A DNA stretch of 64,000 nucleotides, taken from positions 32,001 to 96,000 of the forward strand of contig CAVVUS010000013.1 in assembly GCA_963751345.1 (NCBI GenBank). Direction: 5' to 3'. Shown piece by piece: positions 22,901 to 34,046 of this stretch. Positions within the stretch are counted from its first letter, which is position 1, and each line of letters begins with the position of its first letter. Below the pieces are notes generated by a model. It was not told the DNA's origin and did no database searches. It saw only the letters and a list, made by a program, of their open reading frames with translations. This DNA is from an uncultured Chloroflexia bacterium (GTDB taxonomy: Bacteria; Chloroflexota; Anaerolineae; B4-G1; SLSP01). Made by a program: the position numbers and the translations under genes.

Positions 22901-25900
22901 TCATAATAGATGACCGGCTGCGGGATCAGCGCCGTGTTGGTCGAGCTTGCGGTGAAGGCGAGCGCGGGCCGCTGCTCACTCTCGTTGGTCGGGCCGTAGC
23001 TGATCGCGCTGAGCGGGACGTTGTAGGTGCCGACGTTCTCGGCGACCGTGACGCTAACCGGGACCGTGAACTGCGGAGGATCGTTGACCGCCGTGATGTC
23101 CACCTGGAACATCGACGAGGTCGTGGCCACCCCGTCGCTCACGGCGACGGTGAGGAAGGCGACGCCGAACTCGTCGGGCGTCGGCTTGAAGACCAGATCC
23201 GCCGTTGTCTCGGGGCTCGTGTAGACCACCGTCGGCACCGGCACGGCGTAGGGCGCCACCTCCGTCCGCTGGACAGTCACGGTGAGCGCCTGGATCTCAT
23301 TGAAGGCGCCGCTGGAGATCCCGGTGATGTGCACGGTCTGCGTCGGGGCATCCTCCGGAATCGCAATCGCAGGATGCGCGTCGACGGTCGGCGGATCCTC
23401 GACGGAGGTCACCGTGACCGTGATGCGACCCGTCACGGTGAGCCACCCATCGCTGACGGCATAGTCGAAGTGGTCGAGGCCGTAGAGATCGGTGGCGGGC
23501 GCGTAGTGCACGACGTTGCCGGCAATGCTCGCCGACCCGCTGATGGGTGTCCCGACCGAAACGATCGACAGCGTCTGCAGATCGGGGTCGTGGTCGTTCG
23601 CCAACACCGGGATGTCGACCGCCACATCCTCCAGGGTCGATGCCGTGTCGTCAACGACCACGGGCGCAGAATTGGCGCCGCCGACGTCGACGGTGACGGT
23701 CGCCGAAGCGGTCAGGCCGCCACTATCGGCGACGGTGTAGGTGAAGACCTCCGACCCGTAGTACCCCGTGGCAGGCGTGTATAGGATGTGTGTGGTGCCG
23801 CTAAGGATGGCGGTTCCACCGTAGTTGGGGGTCCCCACGGCGACCAACGACAGCAAGGTCGCCATCGGCGTCACTGTCGTTGGCGAGCACGCCCAGCACG
23901 TTGCCCACCGAGTCCGGAACCACGATGAAGTGGTCGTCCACGGCCGAGGGGGCGTTCTTGTTGTTGAACCAAACCGTGTCCGGCTCGCCATAGTTGCCGC
24001 TGTTGCCAACGAAAGCATCCACGTCGCCATCGCCGTCGAGGTCACCAAGGGCGACCGATGTCGTCCCTTCCTTGCCCAGGGTCTGCCCGCTGTCCACAAA
24101 CACGCCCGTGCCATTATTGAGCCAGACGCTGTTGGCCACGTCTGACTCGCCACCGCGACCCAAGAACGCGTCCAGATCCCCGTCCCCATCGACGTCGCCC
24201 AGGGCGAGGTCGACAATCCAGCTGGGCAGCGATGCCCCGCCCTGGGTGGTGAAGATGCCGTCGGTATTGAGGCGCACCGGGCTCGACCCGTTGGCGAGGA
24301 AGAGATCGAGGTCGCCATCCCCGTCCAGGTCGCCAAGGGCCTCGGCCCACACGCTGGACGCGCTTACCTGCTGGCCACTGTCGGTGAAGTTTCCCGCACT
24401 GTCGTTGAGCATCAGCACAGAACCATCGGCGTACCGCCCAAGGACCATATCCAGGTCGCCGTCGCCATCTACGTCACCCAGCGCCACGTCGTTAGTCGAT
24501 TCAGTCCCGAAGCGCTGGCCGCTGTCAATGAACTGACCGGGCGTCCCACCCTGAAGGCCGCCCGCATTCAGCCACACCTCGTCCGCCGCACCTCGGTTGG
24601 TGACGGCGATGTCTTCGTCGCCGTCACCGTCCACGTCTCCAAGGGCGATCGCGGTCACATCATCGGTGCCCAGCGTCTGTCCGGTCGTCGTGAAAGCACC
24701 GTTCGCGTATACCCATACCTCCGCACCTGCGGTGGTTCCCAGCACGAGATCGAGGTCGGCGTCACCGTTGAGCTCCCCGAGTGCCACGGCGGTCGCGGCA
24801 GGCAGGGGTGCGAGACTCGGGGTGAAGACGCCGCCGGTGTTGAGGTAGAGCGTGGTCGTGGGGTAGTGCGCGGCGACAGCATCGAGGTCCCCGTCGCCAT
24901 CCACGTCGCCCAGCGCCACACCCATCGTGGCCTCGCTCCCCAATCGCTGGAAGGTATCGCTGAAGACGCCCGTTCCCTCGGTCACTTCGCCGCGGAACTG
25001 CCAGACGTACGGACGCAGCCCGCTGCCATCATCTGCCTGGATATCGCGGCTGAGCACCGCGACCAGCTCCTCACCCGGTTTGTAGGAATCAGCTGCCTGG
25101 AAGCTGCACATCTCAGGCCCTGCACCGAGGGCATACGTTCCTGCATAGACACCTGTCTGGCGTCCGCGCAACGTGAAGGTCCGTGTCGAGACGGTGGACA
25201 TGTCCAATGCCTTGTCGAAGGTCACAGACACGACGCCGTCTGCGGCAATCTCCCGCCCGTTCCCCGCAGGCGAGGTCGTCACCACCTGGAGGGGGGCGAC
25301 CCAAACGATGGCAGGGCCCACTTGGTTGTTCTCGGACACCTGGTCCGTGATGCAGCCCACGTCGGTCTGAGCGTAGATGACGTGCATGCCCGACGTGGCG
25401 AAGCCCGGATGCGTGAAGGTGAGGGTCACCACCCCGCCCGCAGCCAGCACCGGCGTCGCCTGCTGTGCCTCACTGCCGCTCCCGGCGTCACACGCCGTGG
25501 GGGCCAGGTCACTGTAGATGGCCGTGGAGAACGGCGTATCGACGTCCCCCGTGCCCCGGTTCGCGACAACCACCGTGACCGCAAGCGACGAGCCCAGGCC
25601 TACGGTGTCGCTGCCGACGGCGAAGTCCTCGATGGCCAGATCGCGGAGCCCATTGCTCCACACGGAGACGGGATTGGCCGCCAGAACCATGTCCAGGTCG
25701 AGATCGCCGTCGACATCTCCCAATGCGATGTCCCGTGCCTCGGCTGCGAAAGCTTGCCCGCTGTCGGCGAATTGCCCGAGCGTCCCGCCCTGTGCTCCGC
25801 CCTGGTTTAGCCACAGGCGGCTCGGCTCGTATGGATCGCCGACGGCAACTGCCATATCGAGGTCGCCATCGCCGTCGACGTCCCCCAGAGCGACGGCAAG

Positions 25901-27121
25901 ACTGGCCCAGGCGCCGGGGCTCTGCCCACTATCGGTGAAAACACCGGTGCCATCATTGAGCCAGACCATGTCGGTCTGTTGATCGTTGGCAAGCACGACA
26001 TCGGCATCACCATCGCCGTCAACGTCGCCAACCGCGAGATCGCGCGTGTACCGCACCGCGAGCTGCGAATGATAGACGAAGTTACCCGATCCATCGTTCT
26101 TCCACACCTCAGTGTAGCAGGACAGATAGCCTGCGAAGACCGCATCCAGGTCACCATCGGCGTCGAGATCGGCCAGGGCAACGGCGACATTGGCCTCATT
26201 GCCCAGGTTACCGAGCGCCTGCCCACTGTTGGTGAAATGCCCGGACCCATCGTTGAGCCACACGGTGTTGGCGCTACCGTTCATAGCGACGATCAGGTCC
26301 GGATCGCCGTCGCCGTCCACGTCGCCGAGGGCGAGCCCGCCGGTGCTGCCCGATCCGAGGCTTTGGCCGCTATCGATGAAAGTCGCGCTGCCATCGTTGA
26401 ACCACACCTTGTCCGCCCCCGGACCGTAGCCCAAGACCAGGTCGAGGTCGCCGTCGGCATCGAGATCGCCCAGGGCGGCTGAACGCACGAGTCCCGTGCC
26501 AAACACCTGGGCCGTGACGACGTAGCGCCCCCCACCACCGTTCAGCCAGACCCGCGTGCCGTCGGCCATGAAGTCGCACACCACTGCGTCGAGGTCGCCG
26601 TCCGCGTCGAGGTCTCCCAGAGCGATCACCTGACGCGCCCCGTCACTCAGGACCTGCCCGTTCGTCGCAAAGAGGCCGTTCCCGAGTCCGGCCTCTGCCG
26701 TGAACTGCCAGACCGTGGGCAACACAGGGCCCTCGCCGCTGAGGTTGAGAGTACCCGTCGTCGCGCTGGCCATCACCAGCTCGCCCGGTCTGAAGGGTTC
26801 GGTCGGGGTGAAGCGCGCGGTGGCACCGCTGATGTCGTAAGCGCCCTCCCGAAGGCCGGTCTGCTGGCCATAGACCGCGAAGGTCCGGGTCGAGACCGTA
26901 GCAGGATCGAGCACCTCGTCGTAGGTGATAGCGACCGTGGTCGTGCTGGGTACCGCAACGGACTCACCCAATGGCAACACCGCCGGGTTGCCGGGGGCAG
27001 CGAGGATACGCGGCGCAGGCGCCGCACGTGTATCGTGGACAACCGCGCTTACGACGAAGATCAACCCCAACGCCAACAAGAAGGGCACAGCAAGGCTGCC
27101 CAGAGATCGCGAGGTTCGCAT
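19909..27121 (-). CDS. large (~2400 aa) exported FG-GAP/VCBS-repeat protein with Big_5, CARDB and Big_9/cadherin-like domains (frameshifted)
   Basis: AGGAGG+ATG at 27121 and a signal peptide. Three blocks of ALGDxDGDGDLD repeats, each after an Ig module ending in WQF. DVLAND.DPD repeats; C-terminus VFLPLLRRGE. Breaks near 23850, 22610, 21740 and 21230. Confidence 0.85.
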
Positions 27122-27296
27122 CCTTCGCCTCCTGCCTTTGAGATCCAACGTAGAACAGTAGAATTGATGAAGGGCTAAGTAAAACCAGCAACGCGCCGAG
27201 TCTCGAACGGCCCGGCCCGCACCGGATCTAAGATCTGCCTGCAGGACGATAGGAAGCCGACCCTTCCCGCCACCTCCTGGATCAGCCGCCAATCTA

Positions 27297-27325
27297 ACTA
27301 TAACACTACCATCGAATCGTCGCAA
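27297..27325 (-). promoter_or_regulatory. putative promoter of the giant-protein operon
   Basis: Minus strand TTGCGA, 17 nt, extended TGtTATAGT; implies a ~170-nt leader. Confidence 0.55.
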
Positions 27326-27420
27326 TTCGTCCCGACCTGAAATGCATTCCATCTGATTGCCGGGGCGCATACCGCGTGTATCATGAGGTCAGAGTCAATG
27401 CGTGATGCAAGGAGGGATCG

Positions 27421-27636
27421 ATGGACATAGAACCTGAAGCGGAGAAGATGGCCGACCAAAGATCAAACTTCAACAACCCCGATACGTTCTCGCCCGTGAC
27501 CGTGTCCGAGATGGTCGGCACGATCGCGCTGGGTCTTCTCTCACTCATCCTGATCTTCGCCCTGCTGCGCTCCCAAGCGCGCAACCGGAAACTGCTGGAA
27601 AAGCTCGCAGCGCGGGCAGCCGTCGCCGAAGCCTAA
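27421..27636 (+). CDS. small single-pass membrane protein
   Basis: GGAGG before the ATG; one hydrophobic helix MVGTIALGLLSLILIFALL followed by basic residues; hairpin GAATAGCC...GGCTATTC at 27647-27672 downstream. Confidence 0.65.
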   Translation: MDIEPEAEKMADQRSNFNNPDTFSPVTVSEMVGTIALGLLSLILIFALLRSQARNRKLLEKLAARAAVAEA

Positions 27637-27687
27637 CGCAGGATCAGAATAGCCCTCCGCGAAAGGCTATTCGCCGTTCGGGGAAGA

Positions 27688-27786
27688 CAGCGCGCGTCGG
27701 AACGCGACAGCGCGTCAGAACCGATGGCAGCGCGTCAGAACGTGACAGCGAATCGATCAGAATGCTGCAGCGTGTCAGAACGCTGC
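27688..27786. repeat. five degenerate direct repeats (CAGCGCGTCAGAA core, 18-22 bp spacing)
   Basis: Cores start at 27688, 27708, 27728, 27746 and 27768. Confidence 0.75.
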
Positions 27787-27960
27787 GGTCACCGGCTGCA
27801 GCACCACCGACCTCGCTTCCACCCGGCAGAAGACGGGGCGCCGCCCCATCCCTAAGGAGATCCCTCACAGAGCACGGAGACCCACACCCCGATAGTTGCT
27901 TCATGTTGTGTGCGCGTCACAACTATTTGAGTAATCACCAAAATATTAGATCATTTACGC

Positions 27961-27989
27961 TTGACACACCTCATTTCTTATGCTATCAT
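27961..27989 (+). promoter_or_regulatory. near-consensus sigma70 promoter of the DUF2089 operon
   Basis: TTGACA (27961-66), 17 nt, TGcTATCAT (27984-89); GGAGG RBS follows. Confidence 0.85.
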
Positions 27990-28015
27990 TCAAATGAATC
28001 TTAGGGAGGAAGATC

Positions 28016-28399
28016 ATGCGCAAGATCCTGGAACATTGTCCTTCGTGTGGTAGTGACCTGGCGGTCACCCGGATGAGCTGCCCGACCTGTGGCACGGTCA
28101 TCACCGGGGCGTGGGCGCCCTGCCACTTCTGCCAGCTCTCGCCGGAGCACACCCGGCTGCTGGAATCCTTCGTCCGCTCCCGCGGCAACGTCAAGGAGAT
28201 GGCTCGCGAGCTCGACATCTCCTACTGGACGGTCCGCAAGCAGGTGGACGAACTCATCGAGGCGTTGGGCTACGAGCCCGCGCCTCCGACGCCCGAGGAC
28301 ACCTCGGAGCGCCAGATGGAGATCCTCGATCTGTTGGAGCGAGGCGAGATCAGCCCGGATGAGGCAGCGACCCAACTGGCCGAGCTGAGGGCCAACTAG
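28016..28399 (+). CDS. DUF2089-family zinc-ribbon/HTH protein with C-terminal SHOCT-like domain
   Basis: CPSCG...CPTCGT, FVRSRGNVKEMARELDISYWTVR, EILDLLERGEISPDEAA. Confidence 0.9.
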   Translation: MRKILEHCPSCGSDLAVTRMSCPTCGTVITGAWAPCHFCQLSPEHTRLLESFVRSRGNVKEMARELDISYWTVRKQVDELIEALGYEPAPPTPEDTSERQMEILDLLERGEISPDEAATQLAELRAN

Positions 28400-28473
28400 G
28401 TGTAGGGGAAGACGCGCACGCCGGAGCCGAGTGACGCACACGCGCCGTATAGTGACGAACAAAGGAGCATGAG

Positions 28474-29370
28474 ATGAGCGACCAAACGATGAAGATCCTC
28501 AAGATGCTTGAGGATGGCAAGTTGACGGTGGAGGAGGCGGATCGCCTGCTCGCCAAGATCCAGGAGATCGAGGCCAAGGAGGCCGCGGCCGAGAAGGGGC
28601 CACGGCACCAGGCACATACGGGCTTCCAGATGCCTAACTTCGACGATCCCGCCGATCCCGCCAGATTCCCGACGTCGGTCGGATCGTGGGCGACGCGATG
28701 CGCGACGCCTTTGGGAAGGGGTTCTCCTTCAACCAGGGTCCGGGCACGCCGCCCGGCCAGATGGGGTTCAAAGGCGCCCGGTTTCACGGTGCACGGCTGG
28801 AGCACACGGACTTCAGCGACGCCAAGCTGGACAAGAGCACGCGGTTTGAGGGCGCCAACCTCGCCTACGCCGATTTCAGCGACGCCGATCTCCGCGGGGC
28901 GGATCTGAGGGGCGCCGACTTCAGCTACAGCGACTTCTGCGACGCCAAGCTGCAAAATGCGGACTTGCGCGGCGCGAGGTTGAGCAAAGGCACGTACGTG
29001 GACGCCGACTTCCGCGATGCGGATCTGAAGGGCGCCGACCTGAGCATGAGCGACCTGACCGACGCCGACTTCAAAGGCGTCAAAGAGCCGGGGCTCATGC
29101 CTGCGAGGCGTGAGCATGGTCGGGCTGAAGTACTACGGCAGCCCCGATGAGGGAGCCCCCGAGCACGAAGAGGCCCCTATGCACGAGGAGGGAGAAGCCG
29201 AGGCCTGGGAAGCCCAGGTCGAGGCCGCAGGGGCTGCCGCGGAGGCCGCTGGAGCCATGGCGGAGGAGGCCGCACGCCGGGCAGAAGTGGCGGCTGAGGA
29301 AGCCAAGGATGATGACGAAGAGTGGGGCGCCGAGGGAGACGACCCCGATGGCGAGACTTCCGCGACCTAG
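28474..29370 (+). CDS. SHOCT-like + pentapeptide-repeat protein with acidic tail (frameshifted)
   Basis: N-terminal KILKMLEDGKLTVEEADRLL; A(D/N)(L/F)xx repeats at about 28770-29080; Glu/Ala-rich tail. Breaks near 28680 and 29100. Confidence 0.75.
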
Positions 29371-29440
29371 CGCGGCGTGGCGAGGAGACGGTCAGCCTTC
29401 AGGCCGTCTCCCCGTTCGATCTCGGAATGTGAGGCGGGCG

Positions 29441-29645
29441 ATGGATGAGTTACCGAGGTATCGGACCGAAACGCTGCTCGCGACCGATGCCTGCGCCCGG
29501 GCGCGGCTCCACGCCGCCGCAGACCGGGCACATTGTTCGGACGGGCCGCGAGCCGACCGACCTCGCCGTTGGGTCTCTGCTGGTGAAGGTTGGCAGGGCC
29601 ATGGTCCGGGCCGGCGTGAGGCTGCAAGCACAGCAGGGAGGCTGA
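29441..29645 (+). CDS. possible small hypothetical protein (frameshifted)
   Basis: GAGG before ATG 29441; amphipathic C-terminus LAVGSLLVKVGRAMVRAGVRLQ; fills an otherwise empty gap. Confidence 0.3.
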
Positions 29646-29683
29646 CTTGCCGGCGGGCGCAGGCTGACAACGGCAGGCTGGCG

Positions 29684-30235
29684 TCAGTAGATCCGGGGGA
29701 TCAGCTTCCACGTCTTCTCCGCATAAGCGGCGTAGCCGTCGAAATTCTGCTGCAGATAGCGCTCCTCGGTCTCGATACGGGTGATCACGCCCACGAGCCC
29801 CAGCAAGACCGAGAACCACACCAGCCGCACTGCAAGGAAGGTCGGACAGGCCAGGAAGAGCAGCAAGTTGGCCAGATAGAGAGGGTGCCGGAGGGTGGCA
29901 TAGAGCCCCGTCGTGACAAGCCCGCCCGCCTTGCCCTCTTCGAGAAACATCGACAACTGGACGCCAAGGTCAAGGTGCGCCCGCACTCGCACGACAGTCG
30001 CCGCGGCAAAAAGCGCCACACCCGCGGCGAGGGAGATGGCCCCGGGGCGCGGCTCGTCGAGAAAGACGTACTCGGCGGCCGACCCGATGATCACGAGCCA
30101 GTATGGCGCGACGATCAGCCACGCCGAATCTTGCGCCGGCCTCCGTGTCACCGTGCCGGTCTTGGTCATCGCCCAGGTCTCGGAGAACCGGTAGACCAGG
30201 ACCAGGACGATGTAGGCGATGAGGGCGAAATCCAT
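29684..30235 (-). CDS. isoprenylcysteine carboxylmethyltransferase/PEMT-family membrane methyltransferase
   Basis: [15 protein letters not shown] and RIETEERYL...[16 protein letters not shown] motifs; GGAGG RBS. Confidence 0.9.
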   Translation of the reverse strand: MDFALIAYIVLVLVYRFSETWAMTKTGTVTRRPAQDSAWLIVAPYWLVIIGSAAEYVFLDEPRPGAISLAAGVALFAAATVVRVRAHLDLGVQLSMFLEEGKAGGLVTTGLYATLRHPLYLANLLLFLACPTFLAVRLVWFSVLLGLVGVITRIETEERYLQQNFDGYAAYAEKTWKLIPRIY

Positions 30236-30328
30236 GCGGACCTCCGGGTGAACTGTCGGTTGGACGGTTGGCCGGCAGATTCACACGATGCCACGTCACC
30301 ACGTGGGATAACATCCGGTAATCGACAG

Positions 30329-30720
30329 CTATACGAGCTTGAGGACGATGGCGATGGATACGCCAAGAAGCAGCAGCCAAATCGCCAGGATGACCGCGCG
30401 CCGCCACCCAGTTGCGCGGCTTGCCGTTCTGCAGCGTCTCTGCCGCCCTCTCGCGGCACTCCGCCATCACCTCAGCCGGGATCATCTTCAGTGCGAGGGC
30501 AATGCCCAGGGGTACCAGGATCAGGTCATCCAGGTAGCCCAGCACAGGGATGAAGTCCGGGATGAGGTCGAGCGGGCTGAACGCATAGGCGACCACAACC
30601 GCGCCAAAGGCCTTGGCGTACCACGGCACGCGCGGATCCCGATAGGCGAGATAGAGCGCGTAGGTCTCGGCCTTGAGCGCCCGCGCCCGCTCGCGCAGCC
30701 GGGAAATGAGCAGCGTTCAC
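30329..30720 (-). CDS. YkvA/DUF1232 family membrane protein (frameshifted)
   Basis: [12 protein letters not shown]...[22 protein letters not shown] signature. Confidence 0.85.
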
Positions 30721-30725
30721 GAAAA

Positions 30726-31445
30726 CTACTTCTCCCCACGATCACGTAGTTGCGCGAGACGGTCGCGAGCGGCAACACCTTCTCCAGGCGGGCGACACCT
30801 GCCGCCAGCGCCTCGTCGGAGATGAGGTGCAGACAGGAGTACGCCCGCTCGCGGAAGGCCCGTGTGTCGGTCAGCACGTAAGGATGCTCGGCTACAAAGG
30901 CATCCAGGATCTCAAATCCGGACCGCCGGTGCAGGTCCAGCAGCCGGTCCACCGAGGGGTACCGCGCCAACTCGTGCGGGACCGTCTCCGGGAAATAGCC
31001 GGAAAGGATCGCCCGCGTGCGAATGGTCTCTGCGGAGTCGGTAGCCGTCAGCAACATTCCCCCCGGGCGCAGCACACGGGACGCCTCGGCGAAGGCCGCG
31101 TCGAGATCGCCGAGATGGTGCACCACGTCGACGGAGAAGGCGAGGTCAAAGCTCCGGTCGGCGAAGGGCAGCGCTTCCGCGCACGCCAGACCCAGGCAAA
31201 GCGCGCCGCCGAGTGCACGCCCTTGTGATAGCATGCCCTCGGAGGGATCGACGCCCCACCCCATGCAGCCCGTCTCGCCCGTAAGCGCTCGCAAGTGGTT
31301 TGCCGTGCCACATCCAATCTCCAGCGCCCGGCTCCCGGCCTCCTCGAACGCCAACAGCGCCACCAGCGCGCGAAGCACCCCGCTCTGGACGCCGCGGTGG
31401 CGGCTGTAGGCGGCGGCAATGGAGGCCGAGTAATGCACTCGACAT
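30726..31445 (-). CDS. class I SAM-dependent methyltransferase
   Basis: ALEIGCGTA, GVDPSEGML, AEALPFADRSFD, RVLRPGG. Both ends are approximate because of indels. Confidence 0.85.
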
Positions 31446-31514
31446 CGGTTACCTCATGGTCGGCTAGTCGGTATAACGTGCGAATGTGCCGACGCAGGCC
31501 TGCGAGCGGGTCCC

Positions 31515-33389
31515 TCATACCCGCGGCCTGAACGTGTCGGTCCGGAATATCACCTCACACGCGACCCCACCTTCGGTCTCAAAGTGGATCTCGCCGCTGA
31601 GCTGGCGCTCAGCCAGGGCAAAGATGGTCTGCAGCCCAAGAGAGGGGACGCTGCGAAAGTCAAAGTCCGAGGGGACGCCCTGCCCGTTGTCGGCCACGCG
31701 CAGCGAGACCAGGCCGTTGCCGTTCACCCGCCGCAGGCTGATGTCGACTCGGTGCTCCTCCCTCCGACTTGAACGCGTGCTTGTAGGCGTTCGAGAGCAA
31801 CTCGGTCAGGATCAGGCCGCAGGGGACGGCGGCATCGAAGAGCACCTCGATGCTCTCCGCCTCGACGTTGACGTTGACGTCGCCGGCGAACGCATGGTGG
31901 CTTGCCTCGACCAAGGGCACGAGGTCCTCGATGTAGGCCCGGAGATCGATGCTGGACAGGTTCTGCGTGCGATAGAGCTTCTCGTGCACCAGGGCCATCG
32001 CCTGGATACGGCCCTGCATCTCCTGGAAGACGCGGATGATGGCCTCGTCCTCGGCTCTCCATCGCCTTGAGCTCCAGCATCGCGCTGATGACGCTCATGT
32101 TATTCTTTGTGCGATGGTAGAGTTCGCGCAGCAGCACCTCGCGCTCGGCCAGCGCCTCACGCAGTTGGGTATCCATCTCGTGGTGCTCGGTCACGTCATG
32201 GAATTGAGCAGCAAACTGCTCAGGCCGCGTGCGATAGGCCACGACCTGGAAGTACCGGCCGAGTTCGCTCGAGTAGTCCTCGAAGGACTGCGGCTCGCCG
32301 CTATCGACGACCTTGCCGTAACGATCGATCCAATACGCCTCTATGTCGGGCATGACCTGCCGGACCGACCGGCCGATGATGTCGTCGGCGCGGAGACCCG
32401 TGAGGCGCTCGAATGCAGGATTGACCTCCAGGAAACGATAGTCCACGGGAGCGCCCTGGGCATCGCGGATGATCTCGTGGACCGCAAAGCCGTTGATCAT
32501 CTCACGAAAGAGCATCCGATAGTGGGTCTCACTCTCCCGAAGCTGCGCGTTGGCGTCGGCAAGCTCCCGCGTGCGCTCGGCAACCCGCTGCGCCAGGTCG
32601 GTCCGTGACTCCAAAAGCATGTGATAGGGCTGGCGAAGATAGGCCTCAATCAGGGCGCTGTAGATCGCCACAAAGGCCACGATCTTGAGAATGTGCCCCA
32701 CAAAGTTCGAGAATCCATAGACGTCGACGTAGAAGATGAACGCCAGCTCGGATAGGATGGTGCGAAATGAACGAGACCATCAGCCAACGGTACACAGTGC
32801 GCGGGAAGTCAGCCCGGTGCCACCACAACGTCGCTGCAGCGACCAGCAACAACAACGCAATCACCACTTCGGCGATCTTCTTAAAGGGCGTGAGACCGAC
32901 GCCCTCGACGTAACAAACCGGGAAAATCTGCCACCAGACGATGGAGGCGACGAGCAGCACGGTGATCGAGGAGATAGACCGACATAGTCAGGGCGATGTT
33001 AAGGCGTCGTTTCAGAAAGATGGAGGCAACGACCAACATGATCGCCTCAAGTCCGCGGGCCGCGATCCAGAGCTGCGTCGCGACGTTCGACCCGGTGAAC
33101 GGCATTATGCCCATGCCCCGATAGGCCAGCGTATGGATCAGATCGATCACCGCGATGAAAGGGAAGCCGATACCGATCAGGAGCAGGTAATCGTGGGCCA
33201 TCAGCCGGCGGGCATTCCAGAAGACTGTGAAAGCCGCAAACGCGACGGCGATGCTGAAGATCTCGGCGACACTGTGGAAGAGCAGGTAGTCAAGGGTACT
33301 TACCACATAGAGCGCGGCGGCAAGAAGCAGCCCGCCGCGAGCGAGATGTAGGCTACGTTCTTCCTGGTGACAAGCCCCTGCAGACTCAT
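31515..33389 (-). CDS. MASE3-PAS sensor histidine kinase, HisKA_2/HWE type (frameshifted)
   Basis: YLLFHSVAEIFSI and IHTLAYRGMG (MASE3), DYRFLEVNPAFERLTG (PAS), LLRELYHRTKNN, ELLSNAYKHAF, VADNGQG. AGGAGG+ATG at 33389. Confidence 0.85.
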
Positions 33390-33639
33390 CCAACCTCCTG
33401 GCACAGAGTGATTCAGACGAGCCGACAAGCCTGTCACGTCCCATTCGGGCATCCCTCCGGTCAGCGCTCCACAGGCCCCATCTCCGACCGCTGATTGACA
33501 CTCCCATCGCCCATCTTGACGTCGATGGCTCACGTGTCATCAGCCCATTCTATGGTAGAATACTATATCATGATTCTTGGAAAGCCACACACTTGCGTAA
33601 GCGTAGGGAATGCATATCCTTCCGAGGAGTCACTGTGAA

Positions 33640-33996
33640 ATGACCAAGATACTTGTCGCCGACGACGACACAGTGATGCTCGGGCTGTTGACCACACTGA
33701 TGGAGTTGGAGGGCAACAAGATCGCCACGGTCACGCGGCCGGGAGAGATCATTCCCGCGGTGGAACGGGAGCAGCCGGATCTGATCCTGATGGATTACCA
33801 TCTGGCCGGCGGAGACGTGCTGGAGACCTTGATCGATCTCAAGTCGCGCGAGGACTTGGGGAAGATCCCGGTGCTCGTCGCGTCGGGGATGGATCGCGAA
33901 ACGGCGTGTCTCCGTGCTGGGGCCAACGGTTTCATATTGAAGCCCTTCCGCCCGGCACAGCTCCTTGAGCGCATGCGGGAGATGCTCGCGACGTAG
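33640..33996 (+). CDS. single-domain response regulator
   Basis: ILVADDD, PDLILMD, ILKPF receiver motifs. Confidence 0.92.
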   Translation: MTKILVADDDTVMLGLLTTLMELEGNKIATVTRPGEIIPAVEREQPDLILMDYHLAGGDVLETLIDLKSREDLGKIPVLVASGMDRETACLRAGANGFILKPFRPAQLLERMREMLAT

Positions 33997-34046
33997 CAAC
34001 TATTGGAACCCATTGTGCTGTTTGTATTGGAGGATTGTAGAGTGTA

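Noticed and set aside
20700-26630. Nucleotide repeats GTCGAGGTCGCCGTCGCCGTC as a DNA repeat family or DGR template/variable pair
   Set aside because: Explained by the encoded FG-GAP DxDGDGDLD repeats; no reverse transcriptase and no adenine-specific variation seen.
27190-27290. Known riboswitch (c-di-GMP or c-di-AMP) in the leader
   Set aside because: Consensus motifs were not recognisable by eye; kept only as an unassigned leader.
27122-27370. N-terminal extension of the FG-GAP ORF to 27370
   Set aside because: The RBS and signal peptide point to ATG 27121; the extension overlaps the predicted promoter.
27688-27786. Possible CRISPR or plasmid origin
   Set aside because: Repeats are short and degenerate with only ~5-8 bp between them; no rep or cas gene nearby.
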